The notes below the pieces were generated by a model. It searched no databases, was not told the origin of the DNA, and worked only from the letters and a program-made list of their open reading frames with translations. Positions 9,430 to 19,446 of a DNA stretch of 64,000 nt are shown here, piece after piece. Every line of letters begins with the position of its first letter. The stretch's first letter is position 1. The stretch is from an uncultured Spirochaetales bacterium (GTDB taxonomy: Bacteria; UBP6; UBA1177). Location of the stretch: assembly GCA_964630905.1 (NCBI GenBank), contig CAZVWR010000002.1, positions 23,531-87,530 on the forward strand, given 5' to 3'. The translations under genes were made by a program, and so were the position numbers.

Positions 9430-10341
9430 TTAAAGCAGTTTTGTCACCATCTTCGTAACATCAACTTCCATTTTGGAAAATCCGAACCATTTTCTGCCGA
9501 GATCTTTCAATGACGCGCCGAAATGATAGAGGTCGCGATTGTCAATTATCATGAATCTGTCATGGGAATGATTGAATTCTTTTATTTCAGCGGGCGGGAA
9601 CTGTTCATTGAATTTCTTTATGTCAAGTTGAAGTTGTTTTGAAGGGTTTTTGGTGAGAATTTTGAGCACGACCCCATCTTTCCGTTTTGAAAAAAGTGTG
9701 AGGACGGTATCATCAACATAATTGTCAATGAGGATGATCGACTTTTCAGCGGAACGGACAATATCCGAAACAAATTTGTGTGCGTCAAAAACCTGACCGT
9801 CAAAAAAGATGCCTTGCTTTGGCTGAATTTGCTTTGATTCAAGGGCTGAAAGCACTTTTTCGATTTTATTATCGGTTTCTATCTGCTTAACTTCCACAAA
9901 GGCAAGTCTTTGGAAAATCTCCGCATTTGATGTAATAAAATGCCTCATCTTAACAAAAGCGTCCATTATGAGAATGCTTACATCAATTGCAGTTTTGCTT
10001 TTCAAAACGGCTGAAAGCATTGCCACACCTTGTTCAGTGAAAACATATGGAACATATTTTCTATACTGACCTCTCCCACCCAACAATTTAGTCAATGATT
10101 TCGGATTGTTATTCTCTAAGGTCACAAATTGTGACCTTAGAGAACTATATTCATTCTCGGTAAGCCGGAATCTAAATCTTTCTGGAAAGCGTCCTTCATT
10201 TCTTTTTACAGCCTGATTTAAAACCTTTGTGTCAACTTGATATAGCTCAGCAAGATCACTATCCAGCATCACTTGCATTCCACGAATTGTGAAAATCCTT
10301 CTTTTAATCTCATCAATCTTTATCAGCTCGTTTTCAACCAT
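9430..10341 (-). CDS. ORF6N-domain protein (phage antirepressor-type DNA-binding N-domain)
   Basis: IRGMQVMLDSDLAELYQVDTKVLNQAVKRNEGRFPERFRFRLT matches ORF6N; 303 aa. Confidence 0.65.
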   Translation of the reverse strand: MVENELIKIDEIKRRIFTIRGMQVMLDSDLAELYQVDTKVLNQAVKRNEGRFPERFRFRLTENEYSSLRSQFVTLENNNPKSLTKLLGGRGQYRKYVPYVFTEQGVAMLSAVLKSKTAIDVSILIMDAFVKMRHFITSNAEIFQRLAFVEVKQIETDNKIEKVLSALESKQIQPKQGIFFDGQVFDAHKFVSDIVRSAEKSIILIDNYVDDTVLTLFSKRKDGVVLKILTKNPSKQLQLDIKKFNEQFPPAEIKEFNHSHDRFMIIDNRDLYHFGASLKDLGRKWFGFSKMEVDVTKMVTKLL

Positions 10342-10400
10342 CTTTCAACTCCTAAATTTTAGTCACCGATAGATAATGCAACAATTAGATTAAATATGCA

Positions 10401-10440
10401 AGAAAACGAATAAGATTATCTAACTCGTCCCGGAAAGGCT
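10401..10440 (+). repeat. Partial copy F of the 3.7-7.2 kb intergenic repeat
   Basis: aagattatctaactcgtcccggaaagg aligns with aagattttcttactctctggaaaacaaagg of copy C. Confidence 0.5.
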
Positions 10441-10445
10441 TGAGA

Positions 10446-10742
10446 TTACAGAATATCGAGTCCGATCGTGGCTTTCTCGGACACACCTATGAAAAGGGTC
10501 ACCTGAACTCCGTTTGACTGGAAAAGTTTTTTCACTTCGCTATAGAGAACATTTTTCAATTCCTCTTTATCTGCAAACTTATATTCCCCGATAAAGGTGA
10601 ACCGCGGAAGATCGCGAAGGGTGTCTCCTTCTGTTTTGATCCTGCTGTAAAGCCCTATCTCCTCGAGTTCTCCGTTGAAAAAATCGTGGTTGTAATTTTC
10701 TGCCTTGATCACTTCATAACTTAAAAAAGCGAAATAATGCAT
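10446..10742 (-). CDS. Hypothetical small protein (98 aa)
   Basis: ORF only; no motif recognised. Confidence 0.4.
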   Translation of the reverse strand: MHYFAFLSYEVIKAENYNHDFFNGELEEIGLYSRIKTEGDTLRDLPRFTFIGEYKFADKEELKNVLYSEVKKLFQSNGVQVTLFIGVSEKATIGLDIL

Positions 10743-10750
10743 TGAGTTAC

Positions 10751-11296
10751 CTATTTTGAAGAAAGTTTATTCACTATCGCAATTGCAAATTTTTCAGCGG
10801 CGGCAGGCCCGTTGCCTGTTATTATGTTACCGTCCTCAACAACTTCTCCACCACTGAAAACCGCACCGTATTTTTCCATCACGGCGCTTGTTTTCATTCC
10901 GTATTCAGCATCATCACCAAGCCATACTGTCGTCTTCTTTCCTTTGACAGCACCGGCTTTTGCAAGGATCGTGGGAGCCCAGCAGATCGCACCGAGAACT
11001 TCATGACCTGCACTGTTCTTAGCTATTTCAACTGCCCTCTTATCCGCCCTGACAGAAGGAACACCGGCTCCGCCGACAAAAACAACAGCGTCAAATTCAG
11101 ATTCATTCACTTCATCAAGTGTCTTTTTTACATCGAATTTTGCACCGAACATGCCGGTCGCAACACCTTTTTTCAAGCTCGCAACAGTTACTGAAGCACC
11201 TTCATCAACAAATTTCTTGAAAGGAATTTCAAACTCTTCATCCCTGAACTTCTCCGGCGCAATGATCATAAGGATCTTTTTGCTTTTAATTTTCAT
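10751..11296 (-). CDS. DJ-1/PfpI family protein
   Basis: ILMIIAPEKFRDEEF...AICWAPTILAKAG nucleophile-elbow Cys; 181 aa. Confidence 0.85.
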   Translation of the reverse strand: MKIKSKKILMIIAPEKFRDEEFEIPFKKFVDEGASVTVASLKKGVATGMFGAKFDVKKTLDEVNESEFDAVVFVGGAGVPSVRADKRAVEIAKNSAGHEVLGAICWAPTILAKAGAVKGKKTTVWLGDDAEYGMKTSAVMEKYGAVFSGGEVVEDGNIITGNGPAAAEKFAIAIVNKLSSK

Positions 11297-12473
11297 CTTC
11301 TCCTCCTTGATAATCGTTTTTCCAAAGATGCTGTCTTTGATATTTTATGACATTGTTAAGAACTCTCTTTCTTGCGGCACATATCTGATTTTTCTTGTAT
11401 TCTTCATGACTTGCCCTTCCCTCTCTGCTTTCTTTGAAGCTTTCTTCATCAAGGATCTGTATCTCAAATGGAAAAAAGAAACGGTAAACAATTTCAGGTT
11501 TGAAAAAATCCTTGATAGTTATAAGCTGTCTTCCTGTCAACTGGAGAGATGAATAAAGAGTCGAAGAATATAAATTGTTCTCTTTGATTATCCTGTCTGT
11601 TTCCAGCTCCTTCTCTTCGGGCGGAAGCTGAAGGTGCCTTTCAAGAAACTCCGCCACATCATCATCTTTCCAGCTTGAAAGATCGTGTGAGTTAAGTTCT
11701 TCTATTCCCTGCAGAAATCTTTCAACATTTATCAGATTGTTCCTTGTTCTGCTCGGCTTGATATTTGCAAAAGAGACCACATGATTAACAGAAAAGTATT
11801 TCAGAACAAGAATGACATCAAGCTTGTTATATGTGACGATCCTCACACCAATCCTGTCAAAGACATCCGCTGTTACATTCTCTTTTTTATGAAGAAGTTT
11901 CAGCAACAGGCTCTCTCTGCTTTTTTCGTTCTTCATCTCAAACATTTTGAGCTGTATCTTCTGATCACCTTCACCCAGATAATATTCCCCTGTTCTGCTG
12001 AGCTTCAGATGATCCATAAACCTTGAAAATATCTGCTTTTTTATCCCAGGCATAAAACTTTTTGCAAGATCGTTCTCGATATGGGTTATCGTATGGGCAA
12101 CCCTGAGAACAGAACACGCCCATGCCTGAAGCAGAGTTTTTTCCTTTTCTGAAGCCATAATTAGCATATCGAGAATATTGTCATTGAAAAGAACTTCAGG
12201 GGGCATTAAAAGTGCAGGGTCGCCCCCTTCAGGATCTTCAAGCAGATAGTTCTGAATGAAGTTTTTGGATTCCTGAAGAATAAGGCCTACTTTCTGTTTC
12301 ATCAGAGGATCAGTTGTGTCGTAACCGTAATTTCTCATATAACTCAAAGCGGTCGCTTCATCATGGACATTGAGCCGGTTTATATCAATGAAGCTTTTCC
12401 TTGAAAAAACTACATTGAACAACTCATAAGGGAATTTAAGAAAGTTTTTTTCAATTCTGTTTTTTGGTTCCAT
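11286..12473 (-). CDS. Hypothetical protein, possible nucleotidyltransferase (RelA/SpoT-like DRIGVRIV motif)
   Basis: DVFDRIGVRIVTYNKLD resembles the RelA/SpoT synthetase-fold motif; otherwise no match. Confidence 0.3.
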   Translation of the reverse strand: MEPKNRIEKNFLKFPYELFNVVFSRKSFIDINRLNVHDEATALSYMRNYGYDTTDPLMKQKVGLILQESKNFIQNYLLEDPEGGDPALLMPPEVLFNDNILDMLIMASEKEKTLLQAWACSVLRVAHTITHIENDLAKSFMPGIKKQIFSRFMDHLKLSRTGEYYLGEGDQKIQLKMFEMKNEKSRESLLLKLLHKKENVTADVFDRIGVRIVTYNKLDVILVLKYFSVNHVVSFANIKPSRTRNNLINVERFLQGIEELNSHDLSSWKDDDVAEFLERHLQLPPEEKELETDRIIKENNLYSSTLYSSLQLTGRQLITIKDFFKPEIVYRFFFPFEIQILDEESFKESREGRASHEEYKKNQICAARKRVLNNVIKYQRQHLWKNDYQGGEDEN

Positions 12474-12546
12474 ATCCGTTTCCTGAAAAGATCAAAGCCC
12501 TATTCTACAGAAAATAAGGATTCCGACAAATTTTTGTTTTCAGTAT

Positions 12547-12957
12547 TCATTCATTGATCTTTAAAACGGCAGATCTCGTAACTTCCTTAAGTTCATCAGG
12601 TCTGAAAGGTTTTCCAAGAAATCCGAACGCTCCGTTTCTCATTGCCGCATCAGCAGTTTCAACCGAAGGAAATGCGGTGATCATTATAGTAAGCGGTTTG
12701 TTTACACATTCTTTTGAAATCATTTCGAGCACTTCGGTTCCGGACATACCGGGAAGCTTGTTGTCAAGGAAACAGATGTCAAACCTTTCTTCAATAATAG
12801 CGGAAACACCCTCTTCACCAGTTTCAAAAATAGCGATTTCAAACTTAAAACTCTCTTCAGTCCCGGGTATTGTCATGTTTGCTGCCGAAAGAACTCTTCT
12901 TATCCCTTCACGGATACCGAACTCATCATCGATAACAATAACTTTGACAGTTTTCAT
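12547..12957 (-). CDS. Stand-alone receiver domain response regulator
   Basis: VKVIVIDDEFGI...DICFLDNKLPG; 136 aa. Confidence 0.8.
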   Translation of the reverse strand: MKTVKVIVIDDEFGIREGIRRVLSAANMTIPGTEESFKFEIAIFETGEEGVSAIIEERFDICFLDNKLPGMSGTEVLEMISKECVNKPLTIMITAFPSVETADAAMRNGAFGFLGKPFRPDELKEVTRSAVLKINE

Positions 12958-12966
12958 ATCCGGCTC

Positions 12967-14967
12967 CTAATATTCAGGTTTTTTTCTTGGCAGGGTAATG
13001 GTGAAAGTGGTTCCTGTCGGACCTTTGACACTGCTTGAATTTGAAACGACATTTATCTGCCCTTTATGCATTTTTATTATCCCGTAACTTACCGGTAGTC
13101 CTAGACCGGTTCCCTTTCCTGCAGGCTTGGTAGTAAAGAAAGGAACAAAAAGCTTATCCATATTCTCAGCTGGAATGCCCAGACCGTTGTCAGATATCTT
13201 TATAACAAGGTCTTTTTCGCTGCCGCCTATTGTTATTTTAACTTCTCCGCCCTTTTCCTCCACAGCTTCGACACTGTTCTTCACAAGATTTGTCAGAACC
13301 TGTTTTATCTGCTCCCTGTCAATATCGGCATTGTCTGAACTACCTTCATTGATGATCTCAAAAATGACATTGTCAGGCTTTATTATCCCTCTGAGAACTG
13401 ATTCAATCAGCTCAGGAATATCGGTTTTTTCATAGTTCACATCGTTCTTTCTTGCAAAGTTCAAAAGCCCGCCGACAATGTTCTTACACCTTTCAGCCTG
13501 TTCGGATATCAGTTTTATGTCATGATAAAGCTGAGAATCTTTCTCAATTTCATCAATGAGAAGATTCGAATAGAGCAGCACCACTCCCAGAGGATTGTTC
13601 ACTTCATGAGCAATTCCTGCCGCAAGCTGACCCATACTGGCAAGTTTTTCATTGTGTTTCAGAGCACTTCTTGCAGATTCAAGTTCTGTGATCGATCTGT
13701 GAAGCTGTTCTATCGTGTTTGGAAGACACATTTCCGATTCTGCAAGACCGTTAATTATTGCAACAGCATGTTCAACACAGGTCTCATATCCGCAGGCTCC
13801 GCAGTTCAGCATATCTTCGTCATGGATCTTACCCATCTTTTTAAGAGTTTCGGTTATATTGATGCCGTTAGGCGGTTCGATCCTCTGATCAAGATCAACA
13901 TACTCCCTTGAAAGATCAAGCTCTCTGTATTTTTCCATATACTTAAGCCAGAGTTCATTGTCCATTGTCGAAAGTTTCTGCTTTACATAATTTGCAACAT
14001 TTGACCTTCTTACAAACCTTTTCCCTTCTTCACTCATTCCAGGACCCATTATGCAGCCCTGACAGCACAGAAGTTCCAGATGATGGTTATGAAGAACACC
14101 GGAATCAAATTCCTTAAGAGATTCAATGAGTTCGTGCCTTCCTTCAGCGACAATAATATTAGTGGTTGATATGTCGACATTCATTTTTATCGTCTGGAGC
14201 ATCCCTCTTGTCACAGGAAATATCGCCCCTCTTCCCCCGACCGGAGGATCAAATTCGGTCGGATTAACCATTTCAGGAGTTATGCTGTGATTTTTGAAAG
14301 CATCTCTGAGCTCAGTAAATGTAAGGGCGTTATCAATTATTCCTGAAACCATCGGGTCATCAGCTTCGTTTTTCTTTGCTATGCAGGGACCGATGAAAAC
14401 GATCTTAACATCTTCACCATATTCAGCTTTCACAACTTTTCCCATCGCTATCATCGGACTTACAACTTTTCCGATGTTCTTGACCAGTGAAGGGTGATAA
14501 TGCTGAATAAAGTTCACAGCCGCAGGACAGTTGCCGACTATTGTAAATATTTCAGGTGATATATCTTCAAGCACTTCCTTATATTTTTCCGCAACGAGGT
14601 CTGCACCGAAAGCCACTTCGGTAACATAGGTGAACCCGAGCTTCCTTATCATTGAAACAAGCAGTCTGTAATCGCTTATCTCATTGAATTCAGCCGGAAA
14701 ACTCGGTGCAACTATTGCGACAACCTTTTTTCCTGATGCCAGAATATGTTCAACTTCCTCCAGAGAACCTCTGAATTTCTTTGCACCCTGAGAACAGACC
14801 TTCACGCAGTTTCCACAGCAGATGCATCTTTCGGATATGATCTCAGCCTGTCCTGATGTGACTCTTATCGCTTTTGCCGGGCATTCTCTGACACAGGTAT
14901 AACAGAGTTTACACCGTTCCTTAATCGTATAAAGCAGTGGTCTTGCGTCGACAGTTGCATTCATCAT
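12967..14967 (-). CDS. Sensor histidine kinase with N-terminal 2x[4Fe-4S] ferredoxin and a degenerate [FeFe]-hydrogenase large-subunit-like domain
   Basis: CKLCYTCVRECP and CICCGNCVKVC. Hydrogenase-like segment VVAIVAPSFPAEF ... GNCPAAV (L1 degenerate) ... GPCIAKKNE (L2 conserved) ... ELLCCQGCIMGPG (L3-like). Extra CGACGYETC. HisKA H-box AAGIAHEVNNPLG. HATPase_c G-boxes. Confidence 0.75.
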   Translation of the reverse strand: MMNATVDARPLLYTIKERCKLCYTCVRECPAKAIRVTSGQAEIISERCICCGNCVKVCSQGAKKFRGSLEEVEHILASGKKVVAIVAPSFPAEFNEISDYRLLVSMIRKLGFTYVTEVAFGADLVAEKYKEVLEDISPEIFTIVGNCPAAVNFIQHYHPSLVKNIGKVVSPMIAMGKVVKAEYGEDVKIVFIGPCIAKKNEADDPMVSGIIDNALTFTELRDAFKNHSITPEMVNPTEFDPPVGGRGAIFPVTRGMLQTIKMNVDISTTNIIVAEGRHELIESLKEFDSGVLHNHHLELLCCQGCIMGPGMSEEGKRFVRRSNVANYVKQKLSTMDNELWLKYMEKYRELDLSREYVDLDQRIEPPNGINITETLKKMGKIHDEDMLNCGACGYETCVEHAVAIINGLAESEMCLPNTIEQLHRSITELESARSALKHNEKLASMGQLAAGIAHEVNNPLGVVLLYSNLLIDEIEKDSQLYHDIKLISEQAERCKNIVGGLLNFARKNDVNYEKTDIPELIESVLRGIIKPDNVIFEIINEGSSDNADIDREQIKQVLTNLVKNSVEAVEEKGGEVKITIGGSEKDLVIKISDNGLGIPAENMDKLFVPFFTTKPAGKGTGLGLPVSYGIIKMHKGQINVVSNSSSVKGPTGTTFTITLPRKKPEY

Positions 14968-14968
14968 T

Positions 14969-15241
14969 TCACAGTTTCCCTCTCGGTTTATCCAGAAGCT
15001 CTTTTACAGTTTCAGTCATTCTTTCAAGATCGGCGACAACACTTGTGATTATTTTCTGCTGGTTGGGGGTGAGTTCACCGGCATATCCGTCTTTAAGGGT
15101 GTATGCGCTTAAAACTGCACTCGAAAGTGCTCCTTTCAGTTCATGCGAAAGAAGCGAGATCATTTTTTTAAGCTCCTCAAATGTTTCATTATCAACTTTT
15201 TCTTTTACCAGAGATAAAATATCGACTTTCGACATATCCAA
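14969..15241 (-). CDS. Small HisKA-like phosphoacceptor-fragment protein
   Basis: LSHELKGALSSAV H-box-like; 90 aa; 2 bp upstream of the sensor kinase. Confidence 0.4.
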   Translation of the reverse strand: MDMSKVDILSLVKEKVDNETFEELKKMISLLSHELKGALSSAVLSAYTLKDGYAGELTPNQQKIITSVVADLERMTETVKELLDKPRGKL

Positions 15242-15361
15242 AATGAACCCCCCTGAAAACGACCGCCTGATTATATAACCATTTTTACTGCCAATTCAAC
15301 TACAATTTTGATTTCCTTTAACAAAAATATATTATATCTGCGTGTTTTTTGAGAGGGGGTT

Positions 15362-16108
15362 ATGGAAAAGATCATTAAATGCTGCGGCGGCAGAGCTGAA
15401 ATTCATCAGTACAAAGGGACAAACAGCAACATCTATCTTGTCAGCTATCAGGAAGAAGGAAGAACTGTCGTGGTTGACTGCGGACTTCCGTGGGACATTC
15501 CGGGACTTATTGAATATATTGACAAAAACAATCTGCCGCCTGTTGAAAAAGTTATCTGCACCCATTTTCATGTCGATCACTGTTCGGGCTGGGTCGAACT
15601 TAAAAAGGTTCTTAAATCCGCTCCCATACATTTTCACATTGATGCAGCCCCTTTTGTAGACGGAACAAAAACGATGGAGATGCCTGCATTTTCCGATTTC
15701 AAAGAGATAATGATCCCTGTAATGAAAGAGAATCAGTACATGCCTGAGCTTAAAGAGGCAATAAAAACGCTATATTACGGGACATCGTTTAAAAGCAGGT
15801 TCCCGATGGACAGAGTTGTTTTTTTCGACGGCAAAGACAACCTCATTCCCGGATTTCTGACGATTCACACTCCGGGACACAGACCGGAATCGGTCAGCTT
15901 TTTCGATCCATCATCGGGAGTATTCATTTCAGGAGATTTCATAATTGTAATGAATGGAAAGATCGTTGTGAACACCTTTGTATATGACAGTCATAAACAG
16001 ATGGAAAGCTTTGAAAAAGTTAAAAAACTTGAAGACTTAATGTATCTTCTGCCCGGTCATGGCGAAATAAAACATTTCAACGAAAAACTTCTGAAATATA
16101 AGATCTGA
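15362..16108 (+). CDS. MBL-fold metallo-hydrolase
   Basis: THFHVDHCSGW (HxHxDH) and downstream His/Asp ligands. Confidence 0.8.
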   Translation: MEKIIKCCGGRAEIHQYKGTNSNIYLVSYQEEGRTVVVDCGLPWDIPGLIEYIDKNNLPPVEKVICTHFHVDHCSGWVELKKVLKSAPIHFHIDAAPFVDGTKTMEMPAFSDFKEIMIPVMKENQYMPELKEAIKTLYYGTSFKSRFPMDRVVFFDGKDNLIPGFLTIHTPGHRPESVSFFDPSSGVFISGDFIIVMNGKIVVNTFVYDSHKQMESFEKVKKLEDLMYLLPGHGEIKHFNEKLLKYKI

Positions 16109-16122
16109 AGAAACCGTAAGAC

Positions 16123-16950
16123 CTATTCCCCGCCTGTGTCAACAGTGAAAGAGAAGAAATCGCTTCCGTAACGGGCGGCATCTGTTCCTGTAAGACTTTT
16201 AACAGGTTTGAGAACGGCAAAAAACTTGTATGTTCCAATTAACGGAGCATCAGATAAATCTCTGAAATTAACAATTATCTTTCCTGAATCCTTATCAAAT
16301 TCAACTACTTCCGGAAGTTCAGCCGAAACTCCTGAAACAAACCATGAAAAAACATAATCATCTTTTACGACATCATCAACCACTGTTTTTTCTGGGATAA
16401 AACTCACTTCTTTCGGAACACTCGACGGACTGAACACAACTGACGAACCTTTTTCAATACTTATCTTCTGAGCACTTCCCGTCACATCGTATTCCATCTG
16501 CGAAATTTCAGGATTTACTCCGAAACTGTCAGGTTTATATCCCGATCCCGCAATTCTGAACATTTTGACTGCATTGTTTCCACTGTTCCTGATACCTACC
16601 TCGATGCTTACATCGGCATAACCGTTTCTTCTAATTTCAGCAGCAGTATCATCACCGAAAAGAGTTGACACATCATCCGGTATTGTGAACTCTGCGGTGG
16701 TCTTTCCTGCAAAGACCATGTTGCCTACACTTATATCCACCAACGGTTCTTCACCTCTGCCGTCATCAACTGCAACTGAAACAGCGATCTTTGTCCCGGG
16801 CGTTGCAACGGGCGGATCGACCTTCACCGATACCACAGAATTTTCGAGAATAACATCATCCCTTGAAAATTCCACCTCGTTGCAGGAAACAGAAATGAAA
16901 ACTAAAAACGCTATTAACACACTGAATTTTTTCATGATATTCCTCCTCAT
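16123..16950 (-). CDS. Secreted hypothetical lipoprotein
   Basis: Signal peptide FLVFISVSC; no motif. Confidence 0.45.
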   Translation of the reverse strand: MRRNIMKKFSVLIAFLVFISVSCNEVEFSRDDVILENSVVSVKVDPPVATPGTKIAVSVAVDDGRGEEPLVDISVGNMVFAGKTTAEFTIPDDVSTLFGDDTAAEIRRNGYADVSIEVGIRNSGNNAVKMFRIAGSGYKPDSFGVNPEISQMEYDVTGSAQKISIEKGSSVVFSPSSVPKEVSFIPEKTVVDDVVKDDYVFSWFVSGVSAELPEVVEFDKDSGKIIVNFRDLSDAPLIGTYKFFAVLKPVKSLTGTDAARYGSDFFSFTVDTGGE

Positions 16951-19436
16951 CAGAAATCTCCTCTAACGCCGACAGTTCCCAATACCGGATAGAGATAAAG
17001 TCCGCCACTTTCCGAGTAGTCACTGTTATAGATCACATCCATTTTTGCATTGGAACCCTTTATGTCACCATAGATCCCGAGAATGAAATCCTTAAAGAAC
17101 AGTGCATATTCAATTCTGAAACCGTATCCGACTGAATTGGAAAGTCTTATTCCGTTTATGTCATCCTCTTCAAATACCGGCACATAAATTCCGGCATCTG
17201 CCAGATATGTTGTTCCGGCAAGTCCGGTCATCAATGTTCCGGATGCTACTGAAATATCACCGGAAACAGTCCAGTTCTTGAGGAAATTATATGAAAGCGC
17301 CGCTTTTAAAATATGGGGAATATCGCCATCAGCCCTTCTTTCTTCCAATGATTCGCTGTCAGTTCTCAAACTTTTAACAAACGAATAAGATACCCAGCCT
17401 GTCACTTCCTTGTTTGAATATCCTGCTTTTATCTCGGTTCCTGCCGCCCAACCCTTTCCTGTGTTTTCATAATCGGTGATCTCTTCAGGATTTCTTCTTA
17501 TAAGGTCATAAAAATACTTGTAAAATCCAGCGACATCGGCTGTAAAACCTTCATATTCAAACGCAAATCCGAGTTTTGCATGAACAGCCTTTTCATAGTT
17601 AAGAGCTTCGTTACCGAGCTTATGGAAAACAATATCATACTGCGGTCTTTTTGAATACATTCCGCCGTTTGCATAAACTTTCATCCATTTAGTGATATCA
17701 TACGAAAGGTAAAGTCTCGGATCGATCGAACCTGACCACTCCTTTTTATTGTGAAAATCTCCCGAAACATATACTCCCGGAACAGCTTCAAACCCTTTGG
17801 CAAAGAAACGGTATTTCAAGTAAAGTGACGGGTGGATATATCCAATGTTATCAGCCTGAGAAAGCATCCCTGACGATCTTATCATACCCGGTTCGCCTTC
17901 AAGCGGAAGGAGAAGGAACGATGTATCTGTCGAAAATATTCCGGCGGCAAAAACAACCCCGAGGTCAAATCTGTTGCCTTCATTTATCTTAAAACTAAGA
18001 TGTTCTTCTATTGTTCCGCGATTGTCGATCGTCGTTAATTTTTCCCCTTTGAAAACATGATAATTAAAATCTGAAAGGACAAAACTTCCTGTAAATCTTG
18101 AATTCATTGATGCTGTTTTATATATGTGATCACCTTTTGCAAGGATGAACATCATTTCAGGGGAAAGCGATTCGCCAAGAACAGGAACATTTTTGTTTTT
18201 CAAAGTTGAAAGATGATAAAGGTTGTCCCTTGCTCCTGCAATTGTAAGAACTATTGAATTCTTACAGTCAATTTCATACAGATATCTGATGTGTCCGCTG
18301 AGATTACCCTGTGAAACTATTGAATTTTCATCATCATATGCAACTCTTGTGAAAAGATCGTCAGCTCCGAAATCAAATGAGATGGAAAAATAATTGGATT
18401 TAGCAAGAGGACCTTCCGCCATCAGCGAAACTCCGAACATGCTCAGATCAAATGTCCCCCCTATGTTGTCGGTTCTAGGGTCCTTGAAGAACAGATTGGT
18501 CACTCCTCCGATGGAATCACCAAGCTCTGGACCGAAATTTCCTGAATAAATATAAGTGCTTTTAAGAACATTCTGATCTATTACACTTTTTTCTGTCAGC
18601 ATGTGATGAGAAAAGGGAACTTTCACTCCATCAATGTAATAACTGTTCTCATTTGAACTGCTGCCGCCCATTATTAAGCCGGTTCCGTAAGCAGTTGAAG
18701 GAAGTCCGTTATAGACAAAGGGCATTTTAGATGTCGAGTTTTCGTTCTTATATCTGATGAGTTTTCTTTTTGCCGCTTCGATCGGTCCTGTTATGTCTGT
18801 CCCCGATTCTCTCTCTTCAAGCTGCTGCGGAGAATCAAAATAATACTGCTCAACTTTTTTCTTTTTTTCCTCAACCGGCTGTGTTTCAACAGGTTTTGCC
18901 GCCTCAACAGGCTTTGCCGCCTCAACAGGTTTTGCCGCCTCAACAGGCTTCTTAACCTCAACAGGCTTTGCCGCCTCAACAGGCTTCTTCACATCAACAG
19001 GCTTTGCCGCCTCAACAGGCTTCTTCACCTCAACAGGCTTTGCCGCCTCAACAGGCTTTGCCGCCTCAACGGGCTTTGCCGCCTCAACGGGCTTTGCCGC
19101 CTCAACGGGCTTTGCCGCCTCAACAGGTTTTGCCGCCTCAACAGGCTTTGCCGCCTCAACGGGCTTTGCCGCCTCAACAGGTTTTGCCTTTTTCTCCTTT
19201 ACCGGTTTCTTTTTGCCGGCAGTTATCGGAACAAGTTCAGGTGCTGCAACCACCGGTTCCTCTTTCTTTTCTTCTATTTTATCTTCTTTCTTCTCTTCTT
19301 TCTCTTCCTTCTTTTCCTCTTTTTCCACCTTTTCTTTGTCTTCAGTTTTTTCAGGTGCAAACTTCTTTTTCTGTGCACTCAGGAACAAAGGAAGACAAAA
19401 AATAAGAACCAGAAATAAAATAACGATCCTTTTCAT
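16950..19436 (-). CDS. Outer-membrane beta-barrel protein with N-terminal Lys/Glu-rich and (AAKPVE)n repeat region
   Basis: Signal peptide MKRIVILFLVLIFCLPLFLSA; ~20 PVEAAK repeats; alternating amphipathic strands; C-terminal ...RGDF (terminal Phe). Start set at ATG 19436 (SD aggagg). Confidence 0.6.
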   Translation of the reverse strand: MKRIVILFLVLIFCLPLFLSAQKKKFAPEKTEDKEKVEKEEKKEEKEEKKEDKIEEKKEEPVVAAPELVPITAGKKKPVKEKKAKPVEAAKPVEAAKPVEAAKPVEAAKPVEAAKPVEAAKPVEAAKPVEAAKPVEVKKPVEAAKPVDVKKPVEAAKPVEVKKPVEAAKPVEAAKPVEAAKPVETQPVEEKKKKVEQYYFDSPQQLEERESGTDITGPIEAAKRKLIRYKNENSTSKMPFVYNGLPSTAYGTGLIMGGSSSNENSYYIDGVKVPFSHHMLTEKSVIDQNVLKSTYIYSGNFGPELGDSIGGVTNLFFKDPRTDNIGGTFDLSMFGVSLMAEGPLAKSNYFSISFDFGADDLFTRVAYDDENSIVSQGNLSGHIRYLYEIDCKNSIVLTIAGARDNLYHLSTLKNKNVPVLGESLSPEMMFILAKGDHIYKTASMNSRFTGSFVLSDFNYHVFKGEKLTTIDNRGTIEEHLSFKINEGNRFDLGVVFAAGIFSTDTSFLLLPLEGEPGMIRSSGMLSQADNIGYIHPSLYLKYRFFAKGFEAVPGVYVSGDFHNKKEWSGSIDPRLYLSYDITKWMKVYANGGMYSKRPQYDIVFHKLGNEALNYEKAVHAKLGFAFEYEGFTADVAGFYKYFYDLIRRNPEEITDYENTGKGWAAGTEIKAGYSNKEVTGWVSYSFVKSLRTDSESLEERRADGDIPHILKAALSYNFLKNWTVSGDISVASGTLMTGLAGTTYLADAGIYVPVFEEDDINGIRLSNSVGYGFRIEYALFFKDFILGIYGDIKGSNAKMDVIYNSDYSESGGLYLYPVLGTVGVRGDF
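18880..19200 (+). repeat. About 18 tandem copies of an 18-bp unit (gccgcctcaacaggcttt and variants) inside the OMP gene
   Basis: Directly visible periodicity; encodes the AAKPVE repeats. Confidence 0.9.
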
Positions 19437-19446
19437 CGGAAACCTC

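Noticed and set aside
18770-19405. ORFs 18770..18955(+), 18791..18979(-), 18968..19405(+) and 19213..19698(+)
   Set aside because: Alternative-frame or antisense translations of the 18-bp tandem repeat inside the OMP gene (PPQQALPPQ... / LLRRQ... artefacts).
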